A stretch of 62,488 bases of DNA from positions 1 through 62,488 of the IMG/VR virus record IMGVR_UViG_3300020042_001397; one strand, given 5' to 3'. The stretch is from a virus. Taxonomy: Duplodnaviria > Caudoviricetes. Position 1 is the stretch's first letter. Each line of letters opens with the position of its first letter. The position numbers and the translations under genes were made by a program. Shown here one piece after another: positions 1 through 9,261 of this stretch. The notes under the pieces were generated by a model that was not told the DNA's origin, did not search any database, and saw only the letters and a program-made list of their open reading frames with translations.

Positions 1-100
1 ATTGAGATTGATTCGCGTTTAAGAACCGGACTGGTTCGCATTTACTTAGACAGGTTTTGAAACACCAGCAAGACCCTGCCCATAACTCTCGCCAGAAAAT

Positions 101-117
101 CGGGTCACCGTGACCCG
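101..117. repeat. 17-bp palindrome CGGGTCAC-N-GTGACCCG, copy 1
   Basis: Perfect 8-bp inverted repeat with a 1-nt spacer, just past the stop of ORF 122-496; recurs at 587, 60559 and 62134. Confidence 0.9.
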
Positions 118-121
118 AAAA

Positions 122-496
122 TTACATCGCTGCCAGAAATTTCTTCTTCTGTGCCTTGGTCATCTTTGCGACGATCTTCATAGCTTCCTCGATCAAGTCG
201 ATCTCTTTCTTGCCACTAGATGCGCGCCGTGTAGTACCAGCAAGCATGAGTAGCACGTCGCGTTTCGTAGTCTTGGCTGCTTCGTACTTGGCGTGACTGC
301 TATCCATCATGACCTTGCCCGTTGATGACACCTTGAAAGCGCAGCCTGTCTTCGAGCACGCCCATTCGATGATGATCGGCGTGCAGTCCTCGATGGTCGT
401 GTAACCAGCCTTTTGCATACCCTCGATAAGTGCGACACGAGCGGATGCAAATTTATTCAATGCAGTAAATGCTGCTTGCTTGTTTGCTTTAGACAT
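122..496 (-). CDS. Early hypothetical protein, basic, 124 aa
   Basis: ORF with a GGAGA Shine-Dalgarno upstream of the ATG; TATAAT hexamer upstream (554-559, - strand). Confidence 0.8.
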   Translation of the reverse strand: MSKANKQAAFTALNKFASARVALIEGMQKAGYTTIEDCTPIIIEWACSKTGCAFKVSSTGKVMMDSSHAKYEAAKTTKRDVLLMLAGTTRRASSGKKEIDLIEEAMKIVAKMTKAQKKKFLAAM

Positions 497-586
497 TGTG
501 ATTCTCCTGTGAAATAGATTGTGCCGCAGGGCTTATTCCCTACTGACAAACCCATTATACGGTTAGCACCATTTGATCGACAGAAT

Positions 587-603
587 CGGGTCACTGTGAC
601 CCT
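587..603. repeat. 17-bp palindrome, copy 2 (CGGGTCACTGTGACCCT)
   Basis: Near-identical to 101-117; lies just upstream of the putative promoter of ORF 122-496. Confidence 0.85.
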
Positions 604-721
604 AAAATCGGGGTGAAATCGGGTATTTGCCGACCCCACCGTACCCCCATGCCCCCTTTTTGACGTGCCGCTTGGCCTCGCCACATAACACTGTTTCGTA
701 ACCGCACAGCACAATTCGTGT

Positions 722-765
722 TATCACATAGACAATGTAAGATTAAAGACGTATCACATAGACAA
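722..765. repeat. 14-bp direct repeat TATCACATAGACAA x2, 30-bp period
   Basis: Exact copies at 722-735 and 752-765 in the divergent intergenic region. Confidence 0.85.
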
Positions 766-858
766 AAGACCCACCCCCTTCATTATTTTTTAGTCTTGCG
801 CCATAAATTTTATAAAATTTTAAAAAATCATAGTTAGTAAAATAGCAACTACACAGAC

Positions 859-889
859 AAAAAAAATCCCGAGCCTTGTGAGCCCGGGA
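859..889 (-). terminator. Intrinsic terminator on the - strand
   Basis: - strand reads TCCCGGGC-TCACAAG-GCTCGGGA followed by T8. Confidence 0.8.
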
Positions 890-943
890 CTAAAGCTAGG
901 ATAAACCCAACTGAAGGAGAAGCAAATGCTTGCGCACTCGCTA
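859..943 (-). ncRNA. Candidate ~85-nt small RNA with an anti-RBS seed (GCAUUUGCUUCUCCUU)
   Basis: Bounded by a TTGCAA-17-TACACT promoter and an intrinsic terminator; seed is complementary to start regions at 46629, 48261 and 50314. Confidence 0.6.
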
Positions 944-949
944 AATTTA

Positions 950-978
950 AGTGTACAGTACGCCCACCGAGGTTGCAA
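950..978 (-). promoter_or_regulatory. sigma70-like promoter for the candidate sRNA
   Basis: -35 TTGCAA (978-973), 17-nt spacer, -10 TACACT (955-950). Confidence 0.65.
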
Positions 979-990
979 TAGGACCTGCGC

Positions 991-1614
991 ATGCTAGACC
1001 ATTTAATTGATTTTGAGCCGGAGGTGCTTCCAGCCCCAACGGAGTTTGTGCCACTTGAAAAGGTAGGCACGGCGGATGCTATTGACGCCAAAGTAAAAAC
1101 GTCCGAGTGGTTAAAAGGCTTGGGCGCGGTAGACGACGAAGACATTGCCGACGAGCTGGGCGCACAGGCGGCCCGTAAAGCGTTTACATCCGTGGTAGCC
1201 GGTGTTGCACCAGAAACAACCCACACCGCCTTGGCGCAAGTTAAGACCCCCGCTGCGGTTGCACACCTTGTTGGAATGCTAACGGCCTACGATTGGGCGT
1301 TTGTAGAGCAGGCCAAAGAACTACGTGGCTACGCGGTGGCCAAGCTGCTCGAAGAGACCAACAACCCCAGCGCTAATATACGGTTGAAAGCCTTGGGCTA
1401 TTTAGGCAAGGTCACAGAGGTTGGCCTGTTCACCGACAAGATCGAAGTCAAAAAGACCGAGATGTCCGACGCTGAGATCGAACAGCGCATTAAAGACAAG
1501 CTCAGTCGTTTTGCACAGATTGTTGAAATCACCGACGTAACGGACATCCGAGAGATCGAAGAACTTAACGCACCTGCCGCTGATGACGAAATCATTAACA
1601 CCAGCGGAGATTAA
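991..1614 (+). CDS. Probable terminase small subunit
   Basis: 207-aa ORF directly upstream of and overlapping terL; assignment is positional. Confidence 0.55.
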   Translation: MLDHLIDFEPEVLPAPTEFVPLEKVGTADAIDAKVKTSEWLKGLGAVDDEDIADELGAQAARKAFTSVVAGVAPETTHTALAQVKTPAAVAHLVGMLTAYDWAFVEQAKELRGYAVAKLLEETNNPSANIRLKALGYLGKVTEVGLFTDKIEVKKTEMSDAEIEQRIKDKLSRFAQIVEITDVTDIREIEELNAPAADDEIINTSGD

Positions 1615-3112
1615 AGCGTTGCAGGCCATCCTGCCCACGCTCTCGACCAAAGAAAAAGCCGAACTCCTAGCTGATCTGGAAGAACGCGCCACCCGCGCCG
1701 GTAAAGAAGTGGCCAAAGATACGATGCTTGGGTTTGCCCAGCACGTTTATCCGGGCTTTAAGATCGGGCCACACCACAAAAAGCTCTCGCGTATCTTCGA
1801 GGACGTGATTGCCGGCAAGAAAAAGCGGGTCATTATTAATATTGCGCCACGTATGGGCAAGTCTGAGTTCTCGTCTTACCTGTTCCCCGCATACTTTCTA
1901 GGCAAATTCCCCGAGAAGAAGATCATTATGGGCACCCACACTGCGGGTTTGTCCGAGGATTTTGGCCGTCGGGTGCGAAATCTAATCAATTCCGAGGAAT
2001 ACTATGACCTTTTTCCGGCGACAGCAGTGGCAGACGACCAAAAAGCAGCAGGAAAATGGTCTACATCCGCCGGTGGTCAGTACTACGCTGCTGGTGTTGG
2101 TGGTGCTCTTGCTGGTCGTGGTGCTGACTTGTTCGTTATTGATGATCCCCATTCCGAACAAGATGTAAAAACCAACAGCCGCCTTGCGTTTGACACGGCT
2201 TGGTCGTGGTTTCAGACGGGTCCACTGCAACGACTGATGCCGGGCGGTGCGATTATCGTCATTATGACCCGATGGAGCCTGCTAGACCTGACCGGACGCT
2301 TGATTGACTACCAGACGCGCAACCCCGAGGCCGAGCCGTGGGAGATTGTAGAGTTGCCGGCCATACTGAACCAAGATACCGAGAAAGAAAAGTCGTTATG
2401 GCCAGAACAATGGCCGTTGGCCACGCTTAAATCAACAAAAGCGGCGCTAGACCCACGATATTGGAACGCGCAGTACATGCAGCAGCCTACCTCAGACACA
2501 TCGGCCATCGTTTCAAGGAAACACTGGCGCGTCTGGGAGCCCGAGGACCCACCGAAGTGCGACTATATTATTCAGTCGTGGGACACGGCGTTCGAGACTA
2601 AGAATAATTCGGACTATTCGGCCTGTACGACGTGGGGTGTGTTTTACAATGAGGACGAGAACGATGCTGCGCAGATTATTTTGCTCGACGCGTTCAAAGA
2701 ACGGATGACGTTCCCTGACCTGAAGGCGGCTGCGTTTAAACACTGGAAGGAATGGGACCCGGATGCGTTCATTGTGGAGAAAAAGGCGGCAGGTGCGCCG
2801 CTCATCCAAGAGTTTAGGGCGATGGGCATACCTGTCCAAGAGTTTAGCCCGAGTCGCGGTAACGATAAGATGGTCAGGCTCAATGCTGTGGCCGATCTAT
2901 TTTCGTCTGGTACAGTTTGGGCACCGGATACGCGCTGGGCGCGGGAAGTGATCGAGGAGATGGCTGCCTTCCCCGTTGGCGAGCACGATGACTTTGTAGA
3001 CACGACCACCCAAGCACTGCTACGGTTCCGGCAGGGCGGGTTTATTTCTTTGAATACGGACGAGAAGGACGAGCAAATGTCCCGTCGTCCCCGAGTAGCG
3101 GCATACTATTAA
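1583..3112 (+). CDS. terL: Terminase large subunit
   Basis: Walker A APRMGKS, Walker B LFVIDD, RNase H-like nuclease motifs QSWDTA and HDDFVD. Confidence 0.96.
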   Translation: MTKSLTPAEIKALQAILPTLSTKEKAELLADLEERATRAGKEVAKDTMLGFAQHVYPGFKIGPHHKKLSRIFEDVIAGKKKRVIINIAPRMGKSEFSSYLFPAYFLGKFPEKKIIMGTHTAGLSEDFGRRVRNLINSEEYYDLFPATAVADDQKAAGKWSTSAGGQYYAAGVGGALAGRGADLFVIDDPHSEQDVKTNSRLAFDTAWSWFQTGPLQRLMPGGAIIVIMTRWSLLDLTGRLIDYQTRNPEAEPWEIVELPAILNQDTEKEKSLWPEQWPLATLKSTKAALDPRYWNAQYMQQPTSDTSAIVSRKHWRVWEPEDPPKCDYIIQSWDTAFETKNNSDYSACTTWGVFYNEDENDAAQIILLDAFKERMTFPDLKAAAFKHWKEWDPDAFIVEKKAAGAPLIQEFRAMGIPVQEFSPSRGNDKMVRLNAVADLFSSGTVWAPDTRWAREVIEEMAAFPVGEHDDFVDTTTQALLRFRQGGFISLNTDEKDEQMSRRPRVAAYY

Positions 3113-3121
3113 AGGCAGATC

Positions 3122-5629
3122 ATGGCAACTAATATAGACAAGGCGTTGTACCAGACCCCGATGGGCATCGACGCATTAGCAGCAGGTGAACCGGACTTGG
3201 AGATCGAGATCGTCGATCCTGAAGAAGTAACCATTGGCATCGACGGGATGGAGATCAGCCTGCGCCCAGAGCCGAAGACGGCAGAGAACTTTGATGCGAA
3301 CTTGGCCGAGTACATGGACGAGAGCGCCATGTCCAGTATGGCAGACGACCTTGAGTCGGACATCGACAACGATAAGAACAGCCGCAAGGAGTGGGAGAAG
3401 TCCTACACCGAGGGGCTAAAGCTCTTGGGCTTGCAGATGGAGGAGCGGACCGAGCCGTGGGCGGGTGCCTGCGGTGTGTTCCACCCGATGATTACCGAGG
3501 CGGTGGTGCGGTTTCAGGCTGAGACGATTACGGAGACGTTCCCGGCCCAAGGTCCGGTGCGCAGTAAGATTATTGGCCGCGACACGCCGGAGGTGATGGA
3601 GGCCGCAGCCCGTGTGCAGGAGGATATGAACTTTGAGCTGACCGAGGAGATGAAAGAGTTCCGCCCGGAGCACGAGCGCATGTTGTGGTCGCTGCCGGCC
3701 ACCGGGTCAGCGTTTAAGAAAGTTTATTTTGATCCCAGTTTGGGACGTCAGGTGTCGATGTTTGTGCCGGCCGAGGACATTCTGCTGCCCTACGGGACAA
3801 CGGACTTGGATACGTGCTATCGCGTCACGCACGTCATGCGCAAGACTAAAAACGACATTATTAAGTTACAGCAAGCGGGGTTCTACCGAGAGTTCGACCT
3901 GCCGGACCCACCACGCGAAGAAGACAACATTAAGAAAGCCAAGGACAAAGAGACTGGCTTTAGTGACTTAAACGACGAGCGTTACACCTTGCTTGAGTGC
4001 CACGTTGACTTGAACCTAGAAGGGTTCGAAGACGAAGTTGACGACGAAGAGACCGGCATCATGCTGCCGTATGTTGTTACTTTGATTAAAGGAACCAACG
4101 ATGTCCTGTCCATCAGACGTAACTGGAACGAAGACGACGAACTTAAACTCAAGCGTCAGCACTTCGTCCACTACCAGTATATCCCCGGGTTTGGCGCTTA
4201 TGGCTTTGGTCTATTCCACCTCATTGGCGGATTTGCCAAGTCGGCCACGTCGCTCATGCGCCAGTTGGTTGACGCAGGTACTCTTTCCAATTTGCCGGGC
4301 GGTCTTAAAGCGCGGGGTCTGCGTATTAAGGGCGACGACACGCCGATTAGTCCGGGGGAGTTCCGTGATGTAGACGTTGCGTCGGGCAATATCCGCGACA
4401 GTATTCTGCCGCTGCCATATAAAGAGCCAAGCCAAGTTTTGTATACGCTGTTGCAAAACATCGTAGAAGAAGGCCGTCGCTTCGCAGCTACCGCAGATAT
4501 GAACGTGTCGGATATGTCGGCACAGGCCCCGGTCGGTACGACCTTGGCACTGCTTGAGCGCCAGTTAAAAGTGATGACGGCTGTGCAGGCGCGTGTGCAC
4601 TTTGCGCTTAAACAAGAACTTAAGCTGCTTAAAAATATCATTCGGGACTACACAGACCCCGACTACACGTACGACCCTGAGTACGGCAACCGTAAAGCTA
4701 AGAAGGCTGACTACGACTTGGTGGACATTATTCCTGTGTCCGACCCAAATGCCGCCACCATGTCACAACGTGTGGTGCAGTACCAAGCGGTTATTCAAAT
4801 GGCGCAGATGGCACCGGACATCTACGACCTGCCACAACTACATCGCAACATGTTGAACGTGCTGGGGATTAAAGACGCGGAGAAACTCGTGCCACTACCG
4901 GACGATCAGAAGCCACGCGACCCTGTAACCGAAAACATGAACATCTTTAAGTGTGAGCCGGTCAAAGCGTTTGTGCACCAGAACCACGAGGCGCATATCG
5001 GCGTACATACTGCGGCTATGCAAGACCCGACAATTACACAACTGATCGGGCAGAATCCGAAAGCTCCGTTGATTCAAGCGGCCATGATGGCGCATATTGC
5101 CGAGCACGTTGGTTTTGCGTACCGCCAAAAGATCGAACAGCAGCTCGGTATTGCACTACCGCCGGAAGACGAAAAGCTTCCGCCAGAAGTAGAAGTTGCT
5201 TTGTCGCAGATGATGGCTCAAGCCGCACACCAAGTGCTGCAACAGAGTCAGGCGCAACAAGCACAAATGCAAGCGCAGCAACAAGCGCAAGACCCAGTAA
5301 TCCAGATGCAACAGCAAGATTTGCAACTGCGCCAAAAAGATTTGGAACTCAAAGAAATGAAAATGACGCTCGATGCAGCCGCACAAGCGGACAAGCTCGC
5401 CATCGAACGCGAACGTATGACAGGTACGTTGGAGCTTAATTCAATCAAGGTTGGTGCACAGATTGCAGAAAGTAAAGCTAAGACAGAAGCACAGCAAGAA
5501 CGTGATGGTGTCCGCATGGGTATTGATATTGCCAAGACCCAAGCGCAACAAAAACTGCAAGAAAAACAAACGGCTCTAAAACACATTGCCGCCTTTAAAC
5601 AAAATAACAAAGGACAACCACCTAAATGA
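3122..5629 (+). CDS. Portal protein (podovirus type, long Q-rich C-terminal coiled coil)
   Basis: 835 aa, follows terL; GSAFKKVYFD segment and Q-rich helical tail typical of P22-like portals. Confidence 0.88.
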   Translation: MATNIDKALYQTPMGIDALAAGEPDLEIEIVDPEEVTIGIDGMEISLRPEPKTAENFDANLAEYMDESAMSSMADDLESDIDNDKNSRKEWEKSYTEGLKLLGLQMEERTEPWAGACGVFHPMITEAVVRFQAETITETFPAQGPVRSKIIGRDTPEVMEAAARVQEDMNFELTEEMKEFRPEHERMLWSLPATGSAFKKVYFDPSLGRQVSMFVPAEDILLPYGTTDLDTCYRVTHVMRKTKNDIIKLQQAGFYREFDLPDPPREEDNIKKAKDKETGFSDLNDERYTLLECHVDLNLEGFEDEVDDEETGIMLPYVVTLIKGTNDVLSIRRNWNEDDELKLKRQHFVHYQYIPGFGAYGFGLFHLIGGFAKSATSLMRQLVDAGTLSNLPGGLKARGLRIKGDDTPISPGEFRDVDVASGNIRDSILPLPYKEPSQVLYTLLQNIVEEGRRFAATADMNVSDMSAQAPVGTTLALLERQLKVMTAVQARVHFALKQELKLLKNIIRDYTDPDYTYDPEYGNRKAKKADYDLVDIIPVSDPNAATMSQRVVQYQAVIQMAQMAPDIYDLPQLHRNMLNVLGIKDAEKLVPLPDDQKPRDPVTENMNIFKCEPVKAFVHQNHEAHIGVHTAAMQDPTITQLIGQNPKAPLIQAAMMAHIAEHVGFAYRQKIEQQLGIALPPEDEKLPPEVEVALSQMMAQAAHQVLQQSQAQQAQMQAQQQAQDPVIQMQQQDLQLRQKDLELKEMKMTLDAAAQADKLAIERERMTGTLELNSIKVGAQIAESKAKTEAQQERDGVRMGIDIAKTQAQQKLQEKQTALKHIAAFKQNNKGQPPK

Positions 5630-5820
5630 TCGAAAACTTCGCACGCGTATTGCGCGAACAAATACGCACCGACATGAACAACTACGCCGATGACTTGGCG
5701 GGGGGCACATGCCGCTCATTTGAAGAGTACCAAAAGCTATGCGGGGTAATTCAAGGTCTCGCCCTTGCAGAGCGTTATTTACTAGACCTTGCTGAAAAAG
5801 TGGAGAAGAGCGATGAGTGA
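5626..5820 (+). CDS. Small head-module hypothetical protein
   Basis: 64-aa ORF with ATGA overlap to the portal gene. Confidence 0.75.
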   Translation: MIENFARVLREQIRTDMNNYADDLAGGTCRSFEEYQKLCGVIQGLALAERYLLDLAEKVEKSDE

Positions 5821-6241
5821 CCTGTTACTGCCTCCGGGCATTGAAATGCCGGAGATGATTCAACCGAAAGACAAGCCCGACGAAGACATCCCGCTTGAGG
5901 ATCGTGCTAAGTCGTTACCTACTGCAACTGGTTGGAAAATTCTGTGCGTAGTGCCCGACGTGTCTAACACATACGACGACTCGGTAATTGTTAAAGCCGA
6001 TCCGTTCATGAAACAGGAAGAGCACTCAACGACCGTTTTGTTTGTGGTGGATGTTGGCCCTGATGCGTACAAAGACACGACCAAGTTCCCATCGGGTCCG
6101 TGGTGTAAGAAAGGTGACTTCGTGCTCGTTCGCGCTTATTCAGGCACCCGTTTTAAGATTTACAACAAAGAGTTTCGTCTGCTTAATGATGACCAAGTAG
6201 ATGCCGTAGTCCAAGACCCCCGCGGGATAACCCGCGCATAA
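5813..6241 (+). CDS. groES: GroES/Cpn10-like co-chaperonin
   Basis: VVDVGPDAY, KKGDFVL, YSGTRFK and FRLLNDDQVDAVV match the Cpn10 pattern; start moved to the ATG at 5813. Confidence 0.8.
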   Translation: MSDLLLPPGIEMPEMIQPKDKPDEDIPLEDRAKSLPTATGWKILCVVPDVSNTYDDSVIVKADPFMKQEEHSTTVLFVVDVGPDAYKDTTKFPSGPWCKKGDFVLVRAYSGTRFKIYNKEFRLLNDDQVDAVVQDPRGITRA

Positions 6242-6251
6242 GGAGCCATAA

Positions 6252-7199
6252 ATGCCAGATGATTACAAGTTCCCCGATGAACAAGAAGATAACAAAACAG
6301 TAACTGTTGCCGAAGATGAGGGCGATGTAGAGATTGAGATTATTGACGACACGCCTGAAAAAGACCGTGGTCGTAAGCCTTTGGATAAAGAAGTAGACGA
6401 TCCATCGGATGATGAGATTGAGAGCTATTCCGATAAGGTACAGACTCGCATTAAAGAATTGACACATGCGCGGCACGATGAGCGCCGTGTCAAAGAAGCT
6501 GTGTTACGAGAAAAGCAAGAACTAGAACGGCTGTCACAACACCTGATCGACGAGAATAAACGTCTCAAGCAGACGGTTAATTTTGGACAGGAAGCGTTCA
6601 TTTCTACGGCTAACAAAGAAGCCCAAGCCCAGCTTGACGCAGCACGACGCCAGTACAAGGATGCACAAGAGGCGTTTGACACGGACGGCATTATTGCCGC
6701 CCAAGAGGCCCTGACAGAAGCCAAGATGCGGCTGATGCAGGTGAAAAATTATAAGGCCACCCCTTTACAAGAAGATTATTCTGAGGTACAAGTACCACAA
6801 TCACAACCCCAACAGGTTGAACCGGACGAGAAATCGCTGCGCTGGCAGGCAAAAAACCAGTGGTTCGGGGCATCAGGGTTTGAAGAATACACCAGCTACG
6901 CTCTAGGGCTGCACCAAAAACTAGTCAACGGGGGCATTGACCCTCGCGGTGATGAATATTTCGACCAAATTAATGGTCGCATGAAGTCTAAATTCCCCGA
7001 ACTATTCGGTGAGAGTGAAGACAAAAAACCTAGTGAATCAGCCAGAAAACCGTCTACCGTTGTTGCGCCTGCTGCCCGTTCTACGAGCGCAGGGAAAATA
7101 CGCTTAACGGCAACGCAAGTTGCGTTGGCTAAAAAATTCGGACTAACCCCGCAGCAATATGCTGTGCAAGTAGCTAAATTGGAGACAAATAATGGCTGA
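6252..7199 (+). CDS. Probable capsid scaffolding protein
   Basis: Acidic N-terminus, coiled-coil core and short C-terminal helix; lies upstream of the capsid genes. Confidence 0.7.
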   Translation: MPDDYKFPDEQEDNKTVTVAEDEGDVEIEIIDDTPEKDRGRKPLDKEVDDPSDDEIESYSDKVQTRIKELTHARHDERRVKEAVLREKQELERLSQHLIDENKRLKQTVNFGQEAFISTANKEAQAQLDAARRQYKDAQEAFDTDGIIAAQEALTEAKMRLMQVKNYKATPLQEDYSEVQVPQSQPQQVEPDEKSLRWQAKNQWFGASGFEEYTSYALGLHQKLVNGGIDPRGDEYFDQINGRMKSKFPELFGESEDKKPSESARKPSTVVAPAARSTSAGKIRLTATQVALAKKFGLTPQQYAVQVAKLETNNG

Positions 7200-7629
7200 T
7201 AACCGCACCCCCCGTGACGTAGCAACACGCGAAAAAACAAGCAGGTATGTATATGTGCCGCCTAGCACGCTTCCTGATCCGACTCCAGAGCCGGGTTACA
7301 AGTTCCGTTGGGTAGCCACGCACATCTTAGGTAAGTCGGATGCGACTAATGTGTCTAAGAAAATGCGTGAAGGCTGGGAGCCGGTTAAAGCCGCTGACCA
7401 CGCCGAGCTTATGCTGCATGCAAACAGTAATGGTAATGTTGAAGTCGGCGGACTGATGCTTTGCAAAGCCCCTGTTGAGTTCGTAGATGCGCGTAATGCG
7501 TACTACCAGAACCAAGCGGAAATGCAGATGGAGTCTGTAGACAACAACCTAATGCGTCAAAGCGACCCGCGTATGCCGCTCTTTAGTGAACGGAAATCGT
7601 CAACGTCCTTTGGCAAAGGTGTTAAATAA
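7192..7629 (+). CDS. Head-module hypothetical protein
   Basis: 145-aa ORF with GGAG RBS between scaffold and capsid genes. Confidence 0.75.
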   Translation: MADNRTPRDVATREKTSRYVYVPPSTLPDPTPEPGYKFRWVATHILGKSDATNVSKKMREGWEPVKAADHAELMLHANSNGNVEVGGLMLCKAPVEFVDARNAYYQNQAEMQMESVDNNLMRQSDPRMPLFSERKSSTSFGKGVK

Positions 7630-7647
7630 TCTAATTGGAGCTTATAT

Positions 7648-8283
7648 ATGGCTTATCCTGTTATTGCAGCCCCTTACGGGCTGAAGCCGATCAATTTGAT
7701 CGGTGGTCAGGTTTTTGCCGGGGCAACCCGTCAACTACCTATCGCTACTACGTACACCACTGCTATCTATAATGGCGGCGTGGTTACTCTGGTAGCTGGT
7801 GGCACGATTGAGAACTCCCCACTTGCTGATGATGCTACGCCTCTGGCTGGTGTTGTTGGTGTGTTCTTGGGCTGTTCTTATATCAACCCAAGCACGAATC
7901 AACTGACGTTCTCGCAGTATTGGCCCGGTGTTTCTGGCGCTACTAATATTGTAGCTTTCATCGCTGATGATCCAGACCAACTGTATAAAGCAGTTAACGT
8001 TGCTGGTACTACGGTGAACAACACTTCGTCCGGCCTGTTGCCTGCCTATCTGGGGCAAACGATGGTTGGCAGCAATGCCCGCTTGGTGTTGAACACAGGT
8101 TCGTCAACTTCTGGCGATTCTAAAGTTGGTATCTACAGTGCTGCTGGTGCAACCACTGCTAGCCTGCCATTGCGAATCGTTGATGTGGTGCCTGACACCG
8201 CTAACTCGGCTGGTGCCTATGTTGAGTTCATCGTTAAGCTGAACTTTGGCTACCATTCGTACAATAACGCCGTCGGCATCTAA
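7648..8283 (+). CDS. Probable capsid decoration/cement protein
   Basis: 211 aa, rich in G/A/T/V, immediately upstream of the major capsid gene; GGAG RBS. Confidence 0.6.
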   Translation: MAYPVIAAPYGLKPINLIGGQVFAGATRQLPIATTYTTAIYNGGVVTLVAGGTIENSPLADDATPLAGVVGVFLGCSYINPSTNQLTFSQYWPGVSGATNIVAFIADDPDQLYKAVNVAGTTVNNTSSGLLPAYLGQTMVGSNARLVLNTGSSTSGDSKVGIYSAAGATTASLPLRIVDVVPDTANSAGAYVEFIVKLNFGYHSYNNAVGI

Positions 8284-8294
8284 GGAGCTAAATC

Positions 8295-9209
8295 ATGGCT
8301 ATTTCACGCGCACAACTACTTAAAGAACTGCTCCCGGGCTTGAATGCTTTGTTCGGCCTCGAGTACGCCCGTTACGGCGAAGAGCACAAGGAAATCTACG
8401 AAACCGAGACTTCCGAGCGTTCGTTCGAAGAAGAAACAAAGCTGTCGGGCTTCTCCGCCGCTCCTGTCAAAAACGAGGGTTCTGCCATCGCTTATGACAA
8501 TGCGCAGGAAGCATGGACTGCTCGCTTTAACCACGAAACCATCGCCTTGGGTTTCTCGATCACTGAAGAAGCGGTCGAAGATAACCTGTATGACAGCCTG
8601 TCGGCTCGTTATACCAAAGGTCTGGCTCGCGCTATGGCTTACACCAAGCAAGTTAAAGCAGCTAACGTCCTGAACAACGGCTTCACCAACACCGCTGCTT
8701 ATTACGGCGGTGACGGCGTGCCTCTGTTCTCGGCTTCGCACCCACTGGTTAACGGTGGCGTCAACAGCAACATTCCATCAACCGCAGCCGACTTGAACGA
8801 GACTTCCCTTGAAGCCGCCGTTATTCAAATCGCTGCATGGACTGATGAGCGTGGCCTGCTGATCGCTGCTAAACCACGTAAGCTGATCGTTCCACCAAGT
8901 TTGCAGTTCGTTGCAACGCGTCTGCTGGAAACCGAACTCCGTGTCGGTACCAATGACAACGATGTCAACGCTCTGAAAAACAATGGCTCGATCCCAGAAG
9001 GCTATACGATCAACCACTTCCTGACCGACACAAACGCATGGTTCCTGACCACTGACGTTCCAAACGGCATGAAGCACTTTGTTCGTATGCCAATGGCTAA
9101 CTCAATGGATGGAGACTTCGATACGGGCAACGTTCGCTACAAGGCTCGTGAGAGATACAGCTTCGGCTGGTCGGATCCGTTGGGTATGTACGGAAGCGTC
9201 GGCGCTTGA
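8295..9209 (+). CDS. Major capsid protein (Mu gpT-like, HK97 fold)
   Basis: 304 aa, strong codon bias, AAGGAG RBS, DGVPLFSASHP and KLIVPPSL motifs, downstream terminator. Confidence 0.9.
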   Translation: MAISRAQLLKELLPGLNALFGLEYARYGEEHKEIYETETSERSFEEETKLSGFSAAPVKNEGSAIAYDNAQEAWTARFNHETIALGFSITEEAVEDNLYDSLSARYTKGLARAMAYTKQVKAANVLNNGFTNTAAYYGGDGVPLFSASHPLVNGGVNSNIPSTAADLNETSLEAAVIQIAAWTDERGLLIAAKPRKLIVPPSLQFVATRLLETELRVGTNDNDVNALKNNGSIPEGYTINHFLTDTNAWFLTTDVPNGMKHFVRMPMANSMDGDFDTGNVRYKARERYSFGWSDPLGMYGSVGA

Positions 9210-9237
9210 CGCTAAGTCCTTGATTTATAAGGCAAAT

Positions 9238-9261
9238 GAGGGGGCTTCGGCCCCTTCTTTT
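9238..9261 (+). terminator. Intrinsic terminator after the capsid gene
   Basis: GAGGGGGC-TTCG-GCCCCTTC followed by a T-run; UUCG tetraloop. Confidence 0.85.

Noticed and set aside
849-1226. 125-aa - strand ORF and the many other antisense or alternate-frame ORFs in the track (e.g. 23359-24093, 33785-34549, 38257-39081)
   Set aside because: They shadow well-supported genes, lack RBSs and have compositions expected from reverse-frame reading
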